22,662 nt of DNA from an uncultured bacterium (GCA_965369655.1 CBDUQR010000042.1:1-22662); one strand, 5' to 3'; shown: positions 7,994 to 17,256, counted from the first letter of the stretch. Made by a program: numbers and translations. Notes: generated by a model not told the origin, from the sequence alone.

Positions 7994-10318
7994 TCAGAAT
8001 GTAGTTCCAATCTGGAAATGTGGCTTCCATTCATTGTCAGCGCTGCTGATTCCCCTCGCAAAGTCAAATCCGATAATTCCGATACCCGGTACGACGAGAC
8101 GGAATCCGAATCCGTACGAGCCGTACAACGAGCCCGGATCGAACGGCCTGATATCATACGGAGTTAGCCACGAGTTACCCGAATCGGCTATTAGCAGCAG
8201 ATAAATCTGTTGCTCGACGATCGGGAAGTGTATTTCCGCATTGTAGACTGCCATGGAACGTCCGCGCAGATACACCCCGGATGCGCTTCTCGGAGTAACG
8301 CGCCCGTCGTCATACCCTCGAATGAAACCGTCAGGGTCGGTTCCGCCGGGCGAGAACATTTCCGAGTACGGCACCTTACCATCACCATCCGGAGCGAATA
8401 TGAAGCCGATCTTAGCCCTCGCCGAGAGAACGAATTTCCAGACCAGCCTCTGGAATTTCGACGCCTGCAGGATGTGCTTGTTGTATCTCCAGTCGCCGCC
8501 TATCAAACCGCCGGAGTATTCGCCGGTCCAGCTAATTACCGAGCCTGACGTTGCGAACTGCGGCAGGTCGCGCGAATCTCGAGTAATCGTGATCGATGTC
8601 GATGATGTCCTGAGCCAGTCCTCTTCAAATCTGGTCAGGCTTGATGGCTCGTCTCTTGTATCTCTGATATAGGCGTCGGAGAAATCGTAGTAGCGCACAT
8701 CCTCAATGCGGTATCTCGAATAGATGCGGAAGTAGTCGTCGGGCCAGCGAAGCCGTCGCCCGAGTCTGAATCCCAGCCCGCGTTTCCCCTCGGTGAAATC
8801 CTCGTACCATCTGCGGTTGATGCTGAATAAATCGACTCCGAATGATGTTGGCGTGTCGTACAGCCACGGCTCCGTGAATCCCAATGAGAACGAAGTGCGC
8901 CGTCCCCCGAACTCCCAGCGCAGATCGACATTTTGTCCGTTGCCCCTGAAATTCGGTATCCCGAGACCGATGGTGCCTACGAACTTATCCTGACCGGAAT
9001 AGCCTGCGCCGACATTGAACTGGCCGGTCGGCTTCTCGATGATCCTCAGAATCAGATCGACATCGCCGTTCTCCAGCACTCTAAAATCCGGCTCGACAGT
9101 CTCGAAATAGTTCAGAAGCATGATATTCCTGACGGAGCGAACGAGGATCGAACGATGGAACACCTGGCCGGGCGCAGAAAACAACTCCCGTCTGATGACT
9201 TTCTCTTTCGTCTTTGTGTTGCCTTCGATATTGATCTTGCTGATCTTCGCAGGAACCCCTTCGGAGATCTCGAACGTGACATTCACGGTTGAATCGTCGG
9301 TAGAAATATTGTCGAAAATACGCGCGTGGATATGCCCTTCTTCCTGATACAAGGCGTACAATTCGCCGACTGACTCCTCGAACTTCTCCTGATTGTACAC
9401 ATCATCAGACTCATACTTGAGCTGCGAGAGGAGTTTCTCGTCTGTGAAAAGTTCCTGTCCACTGAAGCTTGTAGAACCGAATCGGTACCTGAGTCCCTCG
9501 TCGACATCCATGCGGATAGTGAGCCGCTTGCGCTCATCGTCGAGGATAAGCGTGTCGCGGATGATGCGGGCATCGATATAGCCCTTCTCCTTGTAGAACT
9601 CGATTATCTTGTCCTTGTCTTCGCCGTATTTCGATTTGTTGAAACTGCCGCTCCGGAAAAAGCTCTTCTGCTTGTTCGACATTTTCCCCCGAAGCTCTCC
9701 GTCGGAGAATGCCTCGTTACCATCGAATTCTATTTTGCTGATCTTTATCTTGCTTTTTTCATCGATCCGAAAAATCAGGTCGACATATCCGGCAGCGTGT
9801 TCCGCATCATATTGCTCAGACTCGATTGAGGCGAGGAAATAGCCCTTCTCACGGTAGAGGTCGAGCATCGCGTTGACGCTGTTCTGGACGAGGTTTGGCG
9901 TGATGACCTGGCCGCGTTTCGCCAGCAGGACTTCATCAAGATCCTTGTCATCGATCTTCTTGTTTCCCTCGTACAGGATATCCTTGAGGCGGAGGAATTC
10001 CTCGACAACAATGTAGACCGCTATCTCATCGTCCGAGGACTCGCCCTCGATCCTGACATCTTTGAAAAGCCCAAGAGAGTAGATACGCCTGATGGCATCC
10101 TGAGTAGCGGTTGCTGTGAGCGGAGAGCCAATCGGCAGATCAGCAACGCTCAGGATCAGGGTTCGGTCGACTGTTTCGTTGCCCTGGACCTCGACCGACG
10201 AGATGACACGCTCCTGTCCGCTCGCGGTCTCGCCCAACACGCACACGAAAGCCAGAATTGCGCATAACCGGAGAATGAACCCCGCTCTGCATCTCAACTG
10301 TGGAACTGAATCGGTCAA
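7994..10318 (-). CDS. bamA: Outer membrane protein assembly factor BamA (Omp85)
   Basis: Repeated POTRA motifs (V.VQGN, I.YEGN, IEFDGN, FSGQ, INIEGNTKTKEKVIRREL), EKPTGQFNVGAGY barrel start, IRGY loop-6 motif, terminal FQIGTTF. TTG start with GAGG overlapping the rplU stop. Confidence 0.95.
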   Translation of the reverse strand: MTDSVPQLRCRAGFILRLCAILAFVCVLGETASGQERVISSVEVQGNETVDRTLILSVADLPIGSPLTATATQDAIRRIYSLGLFKDVRIEGESSDDEIAVYIVVEEFLRLKDILYEGNKKIDDKDLDEVLLAKRGQVITPNLVQNSVNAMLDLYREKGYFLASIESEQYDAEHAAGYVDLIFRIDEKSKIKISKIEFDGNEAFSDGELRGKMSNKQKSFFRSGSFNKSKYGEDKDKIIEFYKEKGYIDARIIRDTLILDDERKRLTIRMDVDEGLRYRFGSTSFSGQELFTDEKLLSQLKYESDDVYNQEKFEESVGELYALYQEEGHIHARIFDNISTDDSTVNVTFEISEGVPAKISKINIEGNTKTKEKVIRRELFSAPGQVFHRSILVRSVRNIMLLNYFETVEPDFRVLENGDVDLILRIIEKPTGQFNVGAGYSGQDKFVGTIGLGIPNFRGNGQNVDLRWEFGGRRTSFSLGFTEPWLYDTPTSFGVDLFSINRRWYEDFTEGKRGLGFRLGRRLRWPDDYFRIYSRYRIEDVRYYDFSDAYIRDTRDEPSSLTRFEEDWLRTSSTSITITRDSRDLPQFATSGSVISWTGEYSGGLIGGDWRYNKHILQASKFQRLVWKFVLSARAKIGFIFAPDGDGKVPYSEMFSPGGTDPDGFIRGYDDGRVTPRSASGVYLRGRSMAVYNAEIHFPIVEQQIYLLLIADSGNSWLTPYDIRPFDPGSLYGSYGFGFRLVVPGIGIIGFDFARGISSADNEWKPHFQIGTTF

Positions 10319-10324
10319 AATCCT

Positions 10325-10639
10325 CTAAGAAGCATTGATCTTTTCGATCTTGATTTCGGTGAATTTCTGGCGATGTCCGGTCCTGCGCCTGTATGTCGTA
10401 CGGCGCTTCATCTTGAACACCTGAACCTTATCGCCCTTGACTTCGCCAAGAACCTCGGCGGTGACACTGGCGCCTTCGACGTACGGCGTCCCGATCTTCG
10501 AGTTTTCTCCATCGCCGACCACGAGCACTTTTTCGAGCGTCAGCTTCTCGCCGGCATCCGACTTGACCTTAGGTATCCGCAGAGTGTCGCCTTCTTCAAC
10601 CCGAAACTGCACACTTCCCGTTTCAACTATCGCATACAT
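10325..10639 (-). CDS. rplU: 50S ribosomal protein bL21
   Basis: MYAIVETG..QFRVEEG...GTPYVEGA.V.AEV...KG.KV.VFK.KRR..YRRRTGHRQ.FT. SD aaggag at 10649-10654 (minus strand). Confidence 0.97.
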   Translation of the reverse strand: MYAIVETGSVQFRVEEGDTLRIPKVKSDAGEKLTLEKVLVVGDGENSKIGTPYVEGASVTAEVLGEVKGDKVQVFKMKRRTTYRRRTGHRQKFTEIKIEKINAS

Positions 10640-10686
10640 TAAGAATAACTCCTTCTAACTTCAACTTACATAGCGATTAGTCAGCT

Positions 10687-10714
10687 ATAATACTGAAATC
10701 ACCATAGGTGTCAA
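10687..10714 (-). promoter_or_regulatory. sigma70-type promoter of the rplU-bamA-skp-lpxD operon
   Basis: Minus strand TTGACA (10714-10709), 16-nt spacer, TATTAT (10692-10687). Confidence 0.7.
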
Positions 10715-10802
10715 GCCAAAACTCCAACAGTTGTAAACCACGCAGGGGCTTAGGTTCCAGCTTGTACCGCCCAGACACATCTTTCCTACGGCAACTTCAT
10801 GA

Positions 10803-10831
10803 TTGACGCACACCATGTATTTGTTTAGATA
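10803..10831 (+). promoter_or_regulatory. Putative uvrB promoter (possibly leaderless transcript)
   Basis: TTGACG, 17-nt spacer, TAGATA, 5 nt before the ATG. No SD upstream. The -10 lacks the conserved last T. Confidence 0.4.
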
Positions 10832-10836
10832 ACCAC

Positions 10837-12834
10837 ATGGCCGAGTTCATCCTGCATTCGACATTCGAGCCGACCGGCGATCAGCCGGAGGCTATCGCGC
10901 AGTTGACTGACGGTCTAAATCGCGGCATAAAGCACCAGACTCTACTCGGTGTAACCGGCTCCGGCAAGACATTTACGATGGCGAATGTGATAAAGAATCA
11001 TGGCCGCCCTACGCTTGTCATGTCGCACAACAAGACCCTCGCGGCACAACTGTACGGTGAACTCAAAGCATTCTTCCCGGAAAACGCAGTCGAGTTTTTT
11101 ATCAGCTATTACGACTATTATCAGCCGGAAGCATACGTCCCAGCCACTGACACATTCATAGAAAAGGACACATCCATCAACGACGACATCGACCGTCTGC
11201 GCCTGCGAGCGACATCCTCCCTGCTCGAACGCGAGGACATTATCATCGTAGCATCGGTCTCATGCATCTACGGCATCGGGTCGCCGGAAGAGTACAAGCG
11301 GCAACTCGTATGGATCGAGGCAGGCAAAGAACATGATCGCGACCAGTTCCTGCGCGGGCTTGTCGATGTCCACTATGTCCGCAACGATTACGAGTTCGTG
11401 CGTGGCATGTTCCGGGTGCGAGGCGACGTCGTCGAGGTGTTTCCCGCATACGAAACTGAAGCACTGCGGATTGAATTCTTCGGCGACGAGGTCGAACGAA
11501 TCAGCGTGATCAATCCGCTCACGGGAGAGATAAAGGGAGAAAGAGAGCGGGTGGCGATATATCCCGCCAAGCATTTTCTGACGACTGACGAGAGTCTGCG
11601 AAAAGCGATAATAGGAATCGAGGAGGAACTCAAGGAGCGACTGGAGGTCTTCCGCGAGTTGGACAAGCTGCTCGAAGCTCAGCGACTCGAATCCCGCACG
11701 ATGTACGATATCGAAATGCTGCGTGAGATTGGATACTGCTCCGGCGTCGAGAACTACTCTCGTTATCTCAGCGGCCGCAAACCGGGAGAGCGTCCGCACG
11801 CGTTGATCGACTTCTTCCCCGACGATTTCCTGACCATCATCGACGAATCGCACCAGTCGATCCCGCAGATCAGGGGCATGTTTGCGGGCGACAGGTCTCG
11901 CAAACAGGTGCTCGTCGATTTTGGATTCAGACTCCCCTCGGCGCTCGACAACCGGCCGCTCTACTTCGACGAATTCGAGTCACTTCAACACCGGACCATC
12001 TATGTCTCGGCAACTCCTGCGGATTACGAACTGGAGAAATGCGAGGGCGTCATCGTCGAACAGGTAATCCGTCCCACCGGATTGGTTGACCCGGACATCT
12101 CAGTCCGTCCACTCGCGACGCAGGTCGATGATCTGCTCGAAGAAATCCGCAAGCGTGTTGAACTGAAAGAACGCGTGCTTGTGACGACATTGACGAAGAG
12201 AATGGCTGAGGACCTGGCTGACTATCTTGCAAATATCGGAGTGAGGGTACGATACCTGCATTCCGAAATCGATGTCATCGAGCGCACGGAGATCATACGC
12301 GATCTGCGGCTCGCTGAATTCGATGTGCTGGTCGGGATCAATCTGCTCCGCGAAGGACTTGATCTGCCGGAGGTTTCTCTCGTAGCGATCCTCGATGCCG
12401 ACAAAGAAGGATTCCTCAGGTCGGAGCGGAGTCTCATTCAAGTATCGGGTCGCGCTGCGCGGAATGCCGACGGCGCGGTCATCATGTACGCCGATAAAAT
12501 CACTAACTCGATGAAAAAGGCGATCAGTGAAACCAACCGCCGTCGCAAAATTCAGGTGGAATACAACGAAAAGCACGGTGTCACACCGCAGACGATCCGC
12601 AAGACTCGCGAGGAGATAATCCGGGCGACAGCTTTCGCGGATACGAAGACGGTTGACGAGGCAGCCGAACTGCTGCCTGATTTCTTCAAGGAAATGCCAC
12701 TGTCGCAGCGTGTGGAATTTCTCAAACAGGCAATGCAGAACGCTGCAGAGAATCTCGATTTCGAGAAAGCAGCGTTCTTCCGCGACGAGATATTGAAGAT
12801 ATCGAAAACAAAGAAATCCAAATTGGGTAAGTAA
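10837..12834 (+). CDS. uvrB: Excinuclease ABC subunit B
   Basis: PTGDQP, Walker A GVTGSGKT, beta-hairpin [56 protein letters not shown]-terminal UVR domain (LDFEKAA..RD). Confidence 0.98.
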   Translation: MAEFILHSTFEPTGDQPEAIAQLTDGLNRGIKHQTLLGVTGSGKTFTMANVIKNHGRPTLVMSHNKTLAAQLYGELKAFFPENAVEFFISYYDYYQPEAYVPATDTFIEKDTSINDDIDRLRLRATSSLLEREDIIIVASVSCIYGIGSPEEYKRQLVWIEAGKEHDRDQFLRGLVDVHYVRNDYEFVRGMFRVRGDVVEVFPAYETEALRIEFFGDEVERISVINPLTGEIKGERERVAIYPAKHFLTTDESLRKAIIGIEEELKERLEVFRELDKLLEAQRLESRTMYDIEMLREIGYCSGVENYSRYLSGRKPGERPHALIDFFPDDFLTIIDESHQSIPQIRGMFAGDRSRKQVLVDFGFRLPSALDNRPLYFDEFESLQHRTIYVSATPADYELEKCEGVIVEQVIRPTGLVDPDISVRPLATQVDDLLEEIRKRVELKERVLVTTLTKRMAEDLADYLANIGVRVRYLHSEIDVIERTEIIRDLRLAEFDVLVGINLLREGLDLPEVSLVAILDADKEGFLRSERSLIQVSGRAARNADGAVIMYADKITNSMKKAISETNRRRKIQVEYNEKHGVTPQTIRKTREEIIRATAFADTKTVDEAAELLPDFFKEMPLSQRVEFLKQAMQNAAENLDFEKAAFFRDEILKISKTKKSKLGK

Positions 12835-12837
12835 AGA

Positions 12838-12948
12838 CGTCAGGAACGCGGGGCTCCTGACCTACGAACTGTGTCCAAGCAATAGGAGCGCAGCAGTTGC
12901 CCCACTCCTGCGAAGAGAATCGTCCGGTGTCGGGGACACTTTCCCTAC
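12838..12948 (-). repeat. Cluster of GTAG-type REP-like palindromes downstream of uvrB
   Basis: Minus strand GTAG-GTCAGGA-9nt-TCCTGAC (12865-12839). aggag...ctcct hairpin (12884-12909). Minus strand GTAG-GGAAA-GTGTC-CCC-GACAC (12948-12927). Confidence 0.6.
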
Positions 12949-12992
12949 AAGACTCCGCCGTCAGATCAGCCGTTCAATCGACAAAAGAATCG

Positions 12993-13020
12993 TTGACACG
13001 AACGCTTGTTAGTGTATATT
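12993..13020 (+). promoter_or_regulatory. sigma70-type promoter for the 63-aa gene
   Basis: TTGACA (12993-12998), 16-nt spacer, TATATT (13015-13020). SD gaggag at 13035-13040. Confidence 0.75.
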
Positions 13021-13046
13021 GATCGCCGAACTGAGAGGAGTCTGTC

Positions 13047-13238
13047 ATGGCAAAACGGCAGTCATTCGCCGATAAAGCGAGCAAGAAAAAACACGAACAA
13101 CTGTGCCCCGTTTGCAATCAGCCGATCAAGTATACGCTGGTCGTGAGACCTGAACCGACCGCCGACGGTCAGTCATACAAGATGCGCTCGAAGAATGTCG
13201 GCATCTGCAAATGCAATGAAAAGTCCGTGCTGGCGTAA
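13047..13238 (+). CDS. Small basic zinc-ribbon protein (CxxC...CxC), candidate DUF4295/bL38-like ribosomal protein
   Basis: 63 aa with strong SD, own promoter and terminator. Lys/Arg-rich N-terminus MAKRQSFADKASKKK, CPVC and CKC. The family assignment is inference. Confidence 0.8.
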   Translation: MAKRQSFADKASKKKHEQLCPVCNQPIKYTLVVRPEPTADGQSYKMRSKNVGICKCNEKSVLA

Positions 13239-13261
13239 CTGCCGGTACTAAACGGACCACG

Positions 13262-13293
13262 AACCAGGAGAATCGCAATGCTCTTGGTTTTTT
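13262..13293 (+). terminator. Intrinsic terminator after the small zinc-ribbon gene
   Basis: Stem aaccaggag / ctcttggtt (one G-U pair) running into a T tract. Confidence 0.75.
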
Positions 13294-13320
13294 CTATCCT
13301 CTGAACCGGGATTATCAGAA

Positions 13321-15870
13321 ATGGATGCTGAATCCAGGGCAAAGATAGAACGCGATTTTCTTCCTTTCGTCGTGAAGCCGGGGCGTTACGTCGGTAACGA
13401 ACTGAACAGCATCCACAAGGACCATGACGGTCTCGTCAGGATTGCGCTCGGCTTCCCCGATCTCTACGAAATCGGAATGTCGCATCTCGGCATTCAGATA
13501 CTTTACCACCGGATCAATTCTCTCGATCACGCTGTCGCGGAAAGAGTATTTGCTCCGGATGTTGATGCTGAGGCAAGACTTCAATCTCTCGACATTCCCC
13601 TGTTCTCGCTCGAATCACACACGCCTCTGTCCGAATTCGATCTGATCGGCTTCACGGTTGCCTACGAGCTTGCCAGTACAAATATCCTGACGATGCTCGA
13701 TCTGGCCGGCATACCGCTCAGGGCAGCAGACCGCACCGACGGGCATCCGATCGTGATGCTGGGAGGTCCGTGTGCGTTTAACCCGGAACCTCTCGCGGCA
13801 TTCGCAGACGCTGTTTTCCTCGGCGACGGTGAAGAAGCGATTGTCGAGATTGTGGATACACTCAAAGAGCATAAATCTTCGCCGCGTGACGATCTGATCG
13901 CCAAACTCGCAGAAATCGATGGGATGTATATCCCGTCATACTACGATGCGAAATACAAAGCAGGCAGCTTCGCCGGTATCGAAAAGCTCAACGATCGTGC
14001 TCCGGACGTCATCAACGCGAGAAAGATCGATGAGCTAAGGGACGAGTACTACCCTGAGAAGCCAATCGTGCCATTTGTCGAAATCGTTCATGACAGGCTG
14101 GCCATCGAAATCATGAGGGGCTGCGGGCGGGCGTGCCGTTTCTGTCAGGCCGGCGTCATCTACAGACCAAAGCGCGAACGCAAGGCCGACAAGATCGCAC
14201 GCCAGGTGAAAAAGTCGATAGAAACGACAGGCTTCTCGGAGATCACACTGCTTTCGCTCTCCTCGTCTGATTATTCCGAGATCGAATCGTTGGTGTCGAG
14301 CATCTCCCCAAGACTCCAGGAACAGCATGTCGAGCTTTCGCTGCCATCGCTCAGGCCGAACGGTTTGTCACCCGGACTCGTAAAGAAGCTCTCATCGACT
14401 CGAAGAGCCGGGTTGACTTTGGCGCCGGAGGCGGGTACGGACAGGCTCCGGAAAGTCATCAACAAGCCGGTTCCTGAAGATGAATTCTTAGGCGCGGTAA
14501 AGCTGGCATTTGAATATGACTGGCAGGTGCTCAAACTCTATTTCATGATCGGTTTGCCGACTGAAACGGTGGAGGACCTCGACGGGATAGCTTCGCTGCT
14601 GAAGAAAGTCGCACGGTTCATGAAGCAGACTCCCGGAAAGCGAACAATCAACGTAACGACATCCCCCTTCTGCCCGAAGGCTCACACGCCCTGGCAGTGG
14701 GAAAAACAGGCAGGTTTCGACGAGATTCGTGATAAGCAGAAATACATTTCAAAGAATTCTCCGCGCTCGATCAACGTCAGGTATCGCAATCCGGAGGTTA
14801 CACTTCTTGAGTCGGCTCTCGGGCGAGGTGATCGCCGCATCTCCGACGTCATCGAGCATGCGTATCGCAATGGAGCAAGACTCGACGCCTGGTCGGAGCA
14901 CCTGAAGTACAACGTCTGGATCGAGGCATTCAAATCATGTGAACTTGACATCGCAGACTTCCACAAAGAAATTCCGTACGATGCTCCATTGCCCTGGGAT
15001 CATATTTCCAAAGGTCTCAAGAAAGATTTCCTCATGCGTGAGGCTCTCAGATCGAAAGAGCTGGCCGACGACGAGAATTCCGATGACACGGCCGAACCTG
15101 CTCCGCTCACTGCGACATCGCAATCGAAAAGCGCAGACGATTTCGGTCGGCACAGCAAGAGAGTCAAAACTCAGACTGTCATGCAGGTGCCGAACAGTCG
15201 CGTCCGGGTTAGGTGGAGCAAGTCGCGGCGACAAAGATTCATATCGCATCTCGATAACACGCGGGTATTCGAGCGCGCCATCCGTAGATCGGGACTGCCA
15301 GTGGCGTATTCCCAGGGTTATCATCCGCATCAGAAGATCGCGTTTGGGCCGCCTCTCACTCTCGGTTACTCATCCGACGCCGAGTATTTCGACATCCAGC
15401 TTTCCACTCCATACAATGCCGAGATGTTCGATCGCCTGAGCGAACAACTGCCTGACGGTTTCAAGATCGCTCAGATAAAATCTATCTTCGGCAAGAGCCA
15501 GTCTCTTTCGGCGCTCATAAATCTCGCGCTCTACGAACTGCACCTGCCGATGAGCATCGCCGAAGCACTGGACAAAAAGAGCGAAATCATCGAGAAGAGA
15601 TCAATCATCGCTATGCGCAAAACCAGGACTGACATAGTAGAGATCGAGATCAGACCGGGCATTATCGAAATCGAGGCCGAGAGCGACGGCGACGGTACAC
15701 TTCTGCAACTGACAACCGGACTCGGCAACCTGAGTTTCGCCAGACCATTTGAGATCCTTCAGTATGGTTTCGGCCTCTCCGCCGATGACGTCCTCAGACT
15801 CAGCATCAAGCGCGCGGATCTGTTGATCCTTCGTGAGGATCAGAAGCTGACACCGTTCGACGTCCTGTAG
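13321..15870 (+). CDS. TIGR03960-family B12-binding-like radical SAM protein fused to a C-terminal TIGR03936/DUF2344 domain
   Basis: V.KPGRY.G.E.NS, FPDLYEIGMSHLG, EIMRGCGRACRFCQAG (CxxxCxxC), LTLAPEAGT.RLR.VINK, KLYFMIGLPTE. After a linker: RFISHLD..R.FERAIRR.GLP.AYSQG.HPH.KI.FGPPL..G..S.AEY.D. Confidence 0.9.
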   Translation: MDAESRAKIERDFLPFVVKPGRYVGNELNSIHKDHDGLVRIALGFPDLYEIGMSHLGIQILYHRINSLDHAVAERVFAPDVDAEARLQSLDIPLFSLESHTPLSEFDLIGFTVAYELASTNILTMLDLAGIPLRAADRTDGHPIVMLGGPCAFNPEPLAAFADAVFLGDGEEAIVEIVDTLKEHKSSPRDDLIAKLAEIDGMYIPSYYDAKYKAGSFAGIEKLNDRAPDVINARKIDELRDEYYPEKPIVPFVEIVHDRLAIEIMRGCGRACRFCQAGVIYRPKRERKADKIARQVKKSIETTGFSEITLLSLSSSDYSEIESLVSSISPRLQEQHVELSLPSLRPNGLSPGLVKKLSSTRRAGLTLAPEAGTDRLRKVINKPVPEDEFLGAVKLAFEYDWQVLKLYFMIGLPTETVEDLDGIASLLKKVARFMKQTPGKRTINVTTSPFCPKAHTPWQWEKQAGFDEIRDKQKYISKNSPRSINVRYRNPEVTLLESALGRGDRRISDVIEHAYRNGARLDAWSEHLKYNVWIEAFKSCELDIADFHKEIPYDAPLPWDHISKGLKKDFLMREALRSKELADDENSDDTAEPAPLTATSQSKSADDFGRHSKRVKTQTVMQVPNSRVRVRWSKSRRQRFISHLDNTRVFERAIRRSGLPVAYSQGYHPHQKIAFGPPLTLGYSSDAEYFDIQLSTPYNAEMFDRLSEQLPDGFKIAQIKSIFGKSQSLSALINLALYELHLPMSIAEALDKKSEIIEKRSIIAMRKTRTDIVEIEIRPGIIEIEAESDGDGTLLQLTTGLGNLSFARPFEILQYGFGLSADDVLRLSIKRADLLILREDQKLTPFDVL

Positions 15871-15877
15871 ATTGCTC

Positions 15878-15906
15878 TTGTATCTCTCCCCTTGTTTGCT
15901 TAACGT
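15878..15906 (+). promoter_or_regulatory. Putative internal promoter giving a leaderless rsmB mRNA
   Basis: TTGTAT, 17-nt spacer, TAACGT, 6 nt before ATG 15913. The upstream sequence is pyrimidine-rich with no SD. Confidence 0.4.
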
Positions 15907-15912
15907 CCCCGC

Positions 15913-17256
15913 ATGAGAAACCGACCAAAATGCGATCCCGTCCGCATGGTTGCAGCTAAGATAATGCATCGCTTTGAGAAGAGACCGTCGCACATACCTG
16001 AAATCGGCGAAGCATATCTAAGAGACGCTTCACTGAACTCACGCGACGAGGCCTTCGTCCTGCACCTGGTCTACGGCGTCGTCAGATTCAAAGAACAGCT
16101 CGATTATATGCTTGGCAGGTTCGCCGACACTCGCGATTTCCGCAAACAGACGCTCAAAGCCTCAATCCTGCGGCTCGGAGCGTTTCAGTTGATGCCCGAC
16201 TCAAAGGTGTCCGCGCCGGCGGCAATCGATGAGACTGTCAAGCTGGCGCGAACGATGCTCGGCGAGGGTATGACCGGTTTCGTCAACGCTGTGCTGCGAA
16301 AAGTGGCTGGCGCATCGAGCAGGTGGTACGAACTCCTGCCGGATGGGGGCAGTGCGGCAGATTTGTCTGCGCGATTCTCTCAGCCGAAGTGGATCATCAG
16401 GCTGCTCATCGACGATTACGGCGAGCAGCATGCGGTCGACTACCTCGAGGCTTTCTCGAAGCGACTACGAACAACCGTTCGACTCAACCCCACAAAGTCT
16501 GACAGGGATGACCTGGAAAGACAGCTTATCTCGCACGGCATAGAAATCAATCGATCCGTCGTTGACGAAGATTACTACTTACTCCCTGAAGGAACCGACA
16601 TCTCATCTTTGACGCCGATATCGCGGGGCGACTGCTTCGTGCAAAATCCATCGTCGGGCATTGTCGTCTCTCTGATTTCGCCTGAGAGGGGCTGGAATAT
16701 ACTCGATCTGTGCGCCGCCCCGGGCGGCAAGACAGCGGCGATAGTCGCCCACACCGGATGCCCATCCGACATCACGGCACTCGACTCGAACGCGTCACGA
16801 TCAAAGTTGATGCAGGAGAACTTCAACCGTCTCGGCCTCGACAATGTGAATGTTGAAATCGGGGATGGCGCCGAGTACACACAGACCGGATACGATTGCG
16901 TGCTTGTCGACGCACCGTGCAGCGGCCTGGGTACAATCTCCAAACATCCCGAAATCAAGTACATACAGACGCCTGAGAACATCTCTGAACTGTCGAAGCG
17001 ACAGTATGCACTGATCGATAATGCCGCGCGGCTTGTCAATGTCAACGGCGTTCTTGTCTATAGCGTCTGCACCATAACCGCCGCAGAAACAGTCGGGATA
17101 TGCCGTCGATTTCTCGATAATCACGAGAAGTTTGTGCTTGAAGTCCCACCGCAATTTAGATATCATCATTTCGTTCATGACGGCATGATAAGCATACCTC
17201 CGGGGGACGACAATCTGGAGGGCATGTTTGCTTTCCGGGCAAGGAAAACCGCGTAG
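15913..17256 (+). CDS. rsmB: 16S rRNA m5C967 methyltransferase RsmB/Sun (NusB-like N-terminal domain)
   Basis: LVYGVVR...LD, ILRLGAFQL, AAIDETVKLA, FVNAVLR, SAM motif ILDLCAAPGGKT, catalytic DAPCSG and YSVCT. Confidence 0.92.
   Translation: MRNRPKCDPVRMVAAKIMHRFEKRPSHIPEIGEAYLRDASLNSRDEAFVLHLVYGVVRFKEQLDYMLGRFADTRDFRKQTLKASILRLGAFQLMPDSKVSAPAAIDETVKLARTMLGEGMTGFVNAVLRKVAGASSRWYELLPDGGSAADLSARFSQPKWIIRLLIDDYGEQHAVDYLEAFSKRLRTTVRLNPTKSDRDDLERQLISHGIEINRSVVDEDYYLLPEGTDISSLTPISRGDCFVQNPSSGIVVSLISPERGWNILDLCAAPGGKTAAIVAHTGCPSDITALDSNASRSKLMQENFNRLGLDNVNVEIGDGAEYTQTGYDCVLVDAPCSGLGTISKHPEIKYIQTPENISELSKRQYALIDNAARLVNVNGVLVYSVCTITAAETVGICRRFLDNHEKFVLEVPPQFRYHHFVHDGMISIPPGDDNLEGMFAFRARKTA

Noticed and set aside
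10640..10836. L21 leader RNA or a LexA box in the rplU/uvrB divergent region
   Set aside because: The predicted rplU leader is only about 40 nt with no clear stem, and I found no CTGT-N8-ACAG or GAAC-N4-GTTC motif.
12999..13012. cgaacgcttgttag resembling a GAAC-N4-GTTC SOS box within the small-gene promoter
   Set aside because: One half-site mismatches, there is no matching box before uvrB, and the LexA specificity of this lineage is unknown.
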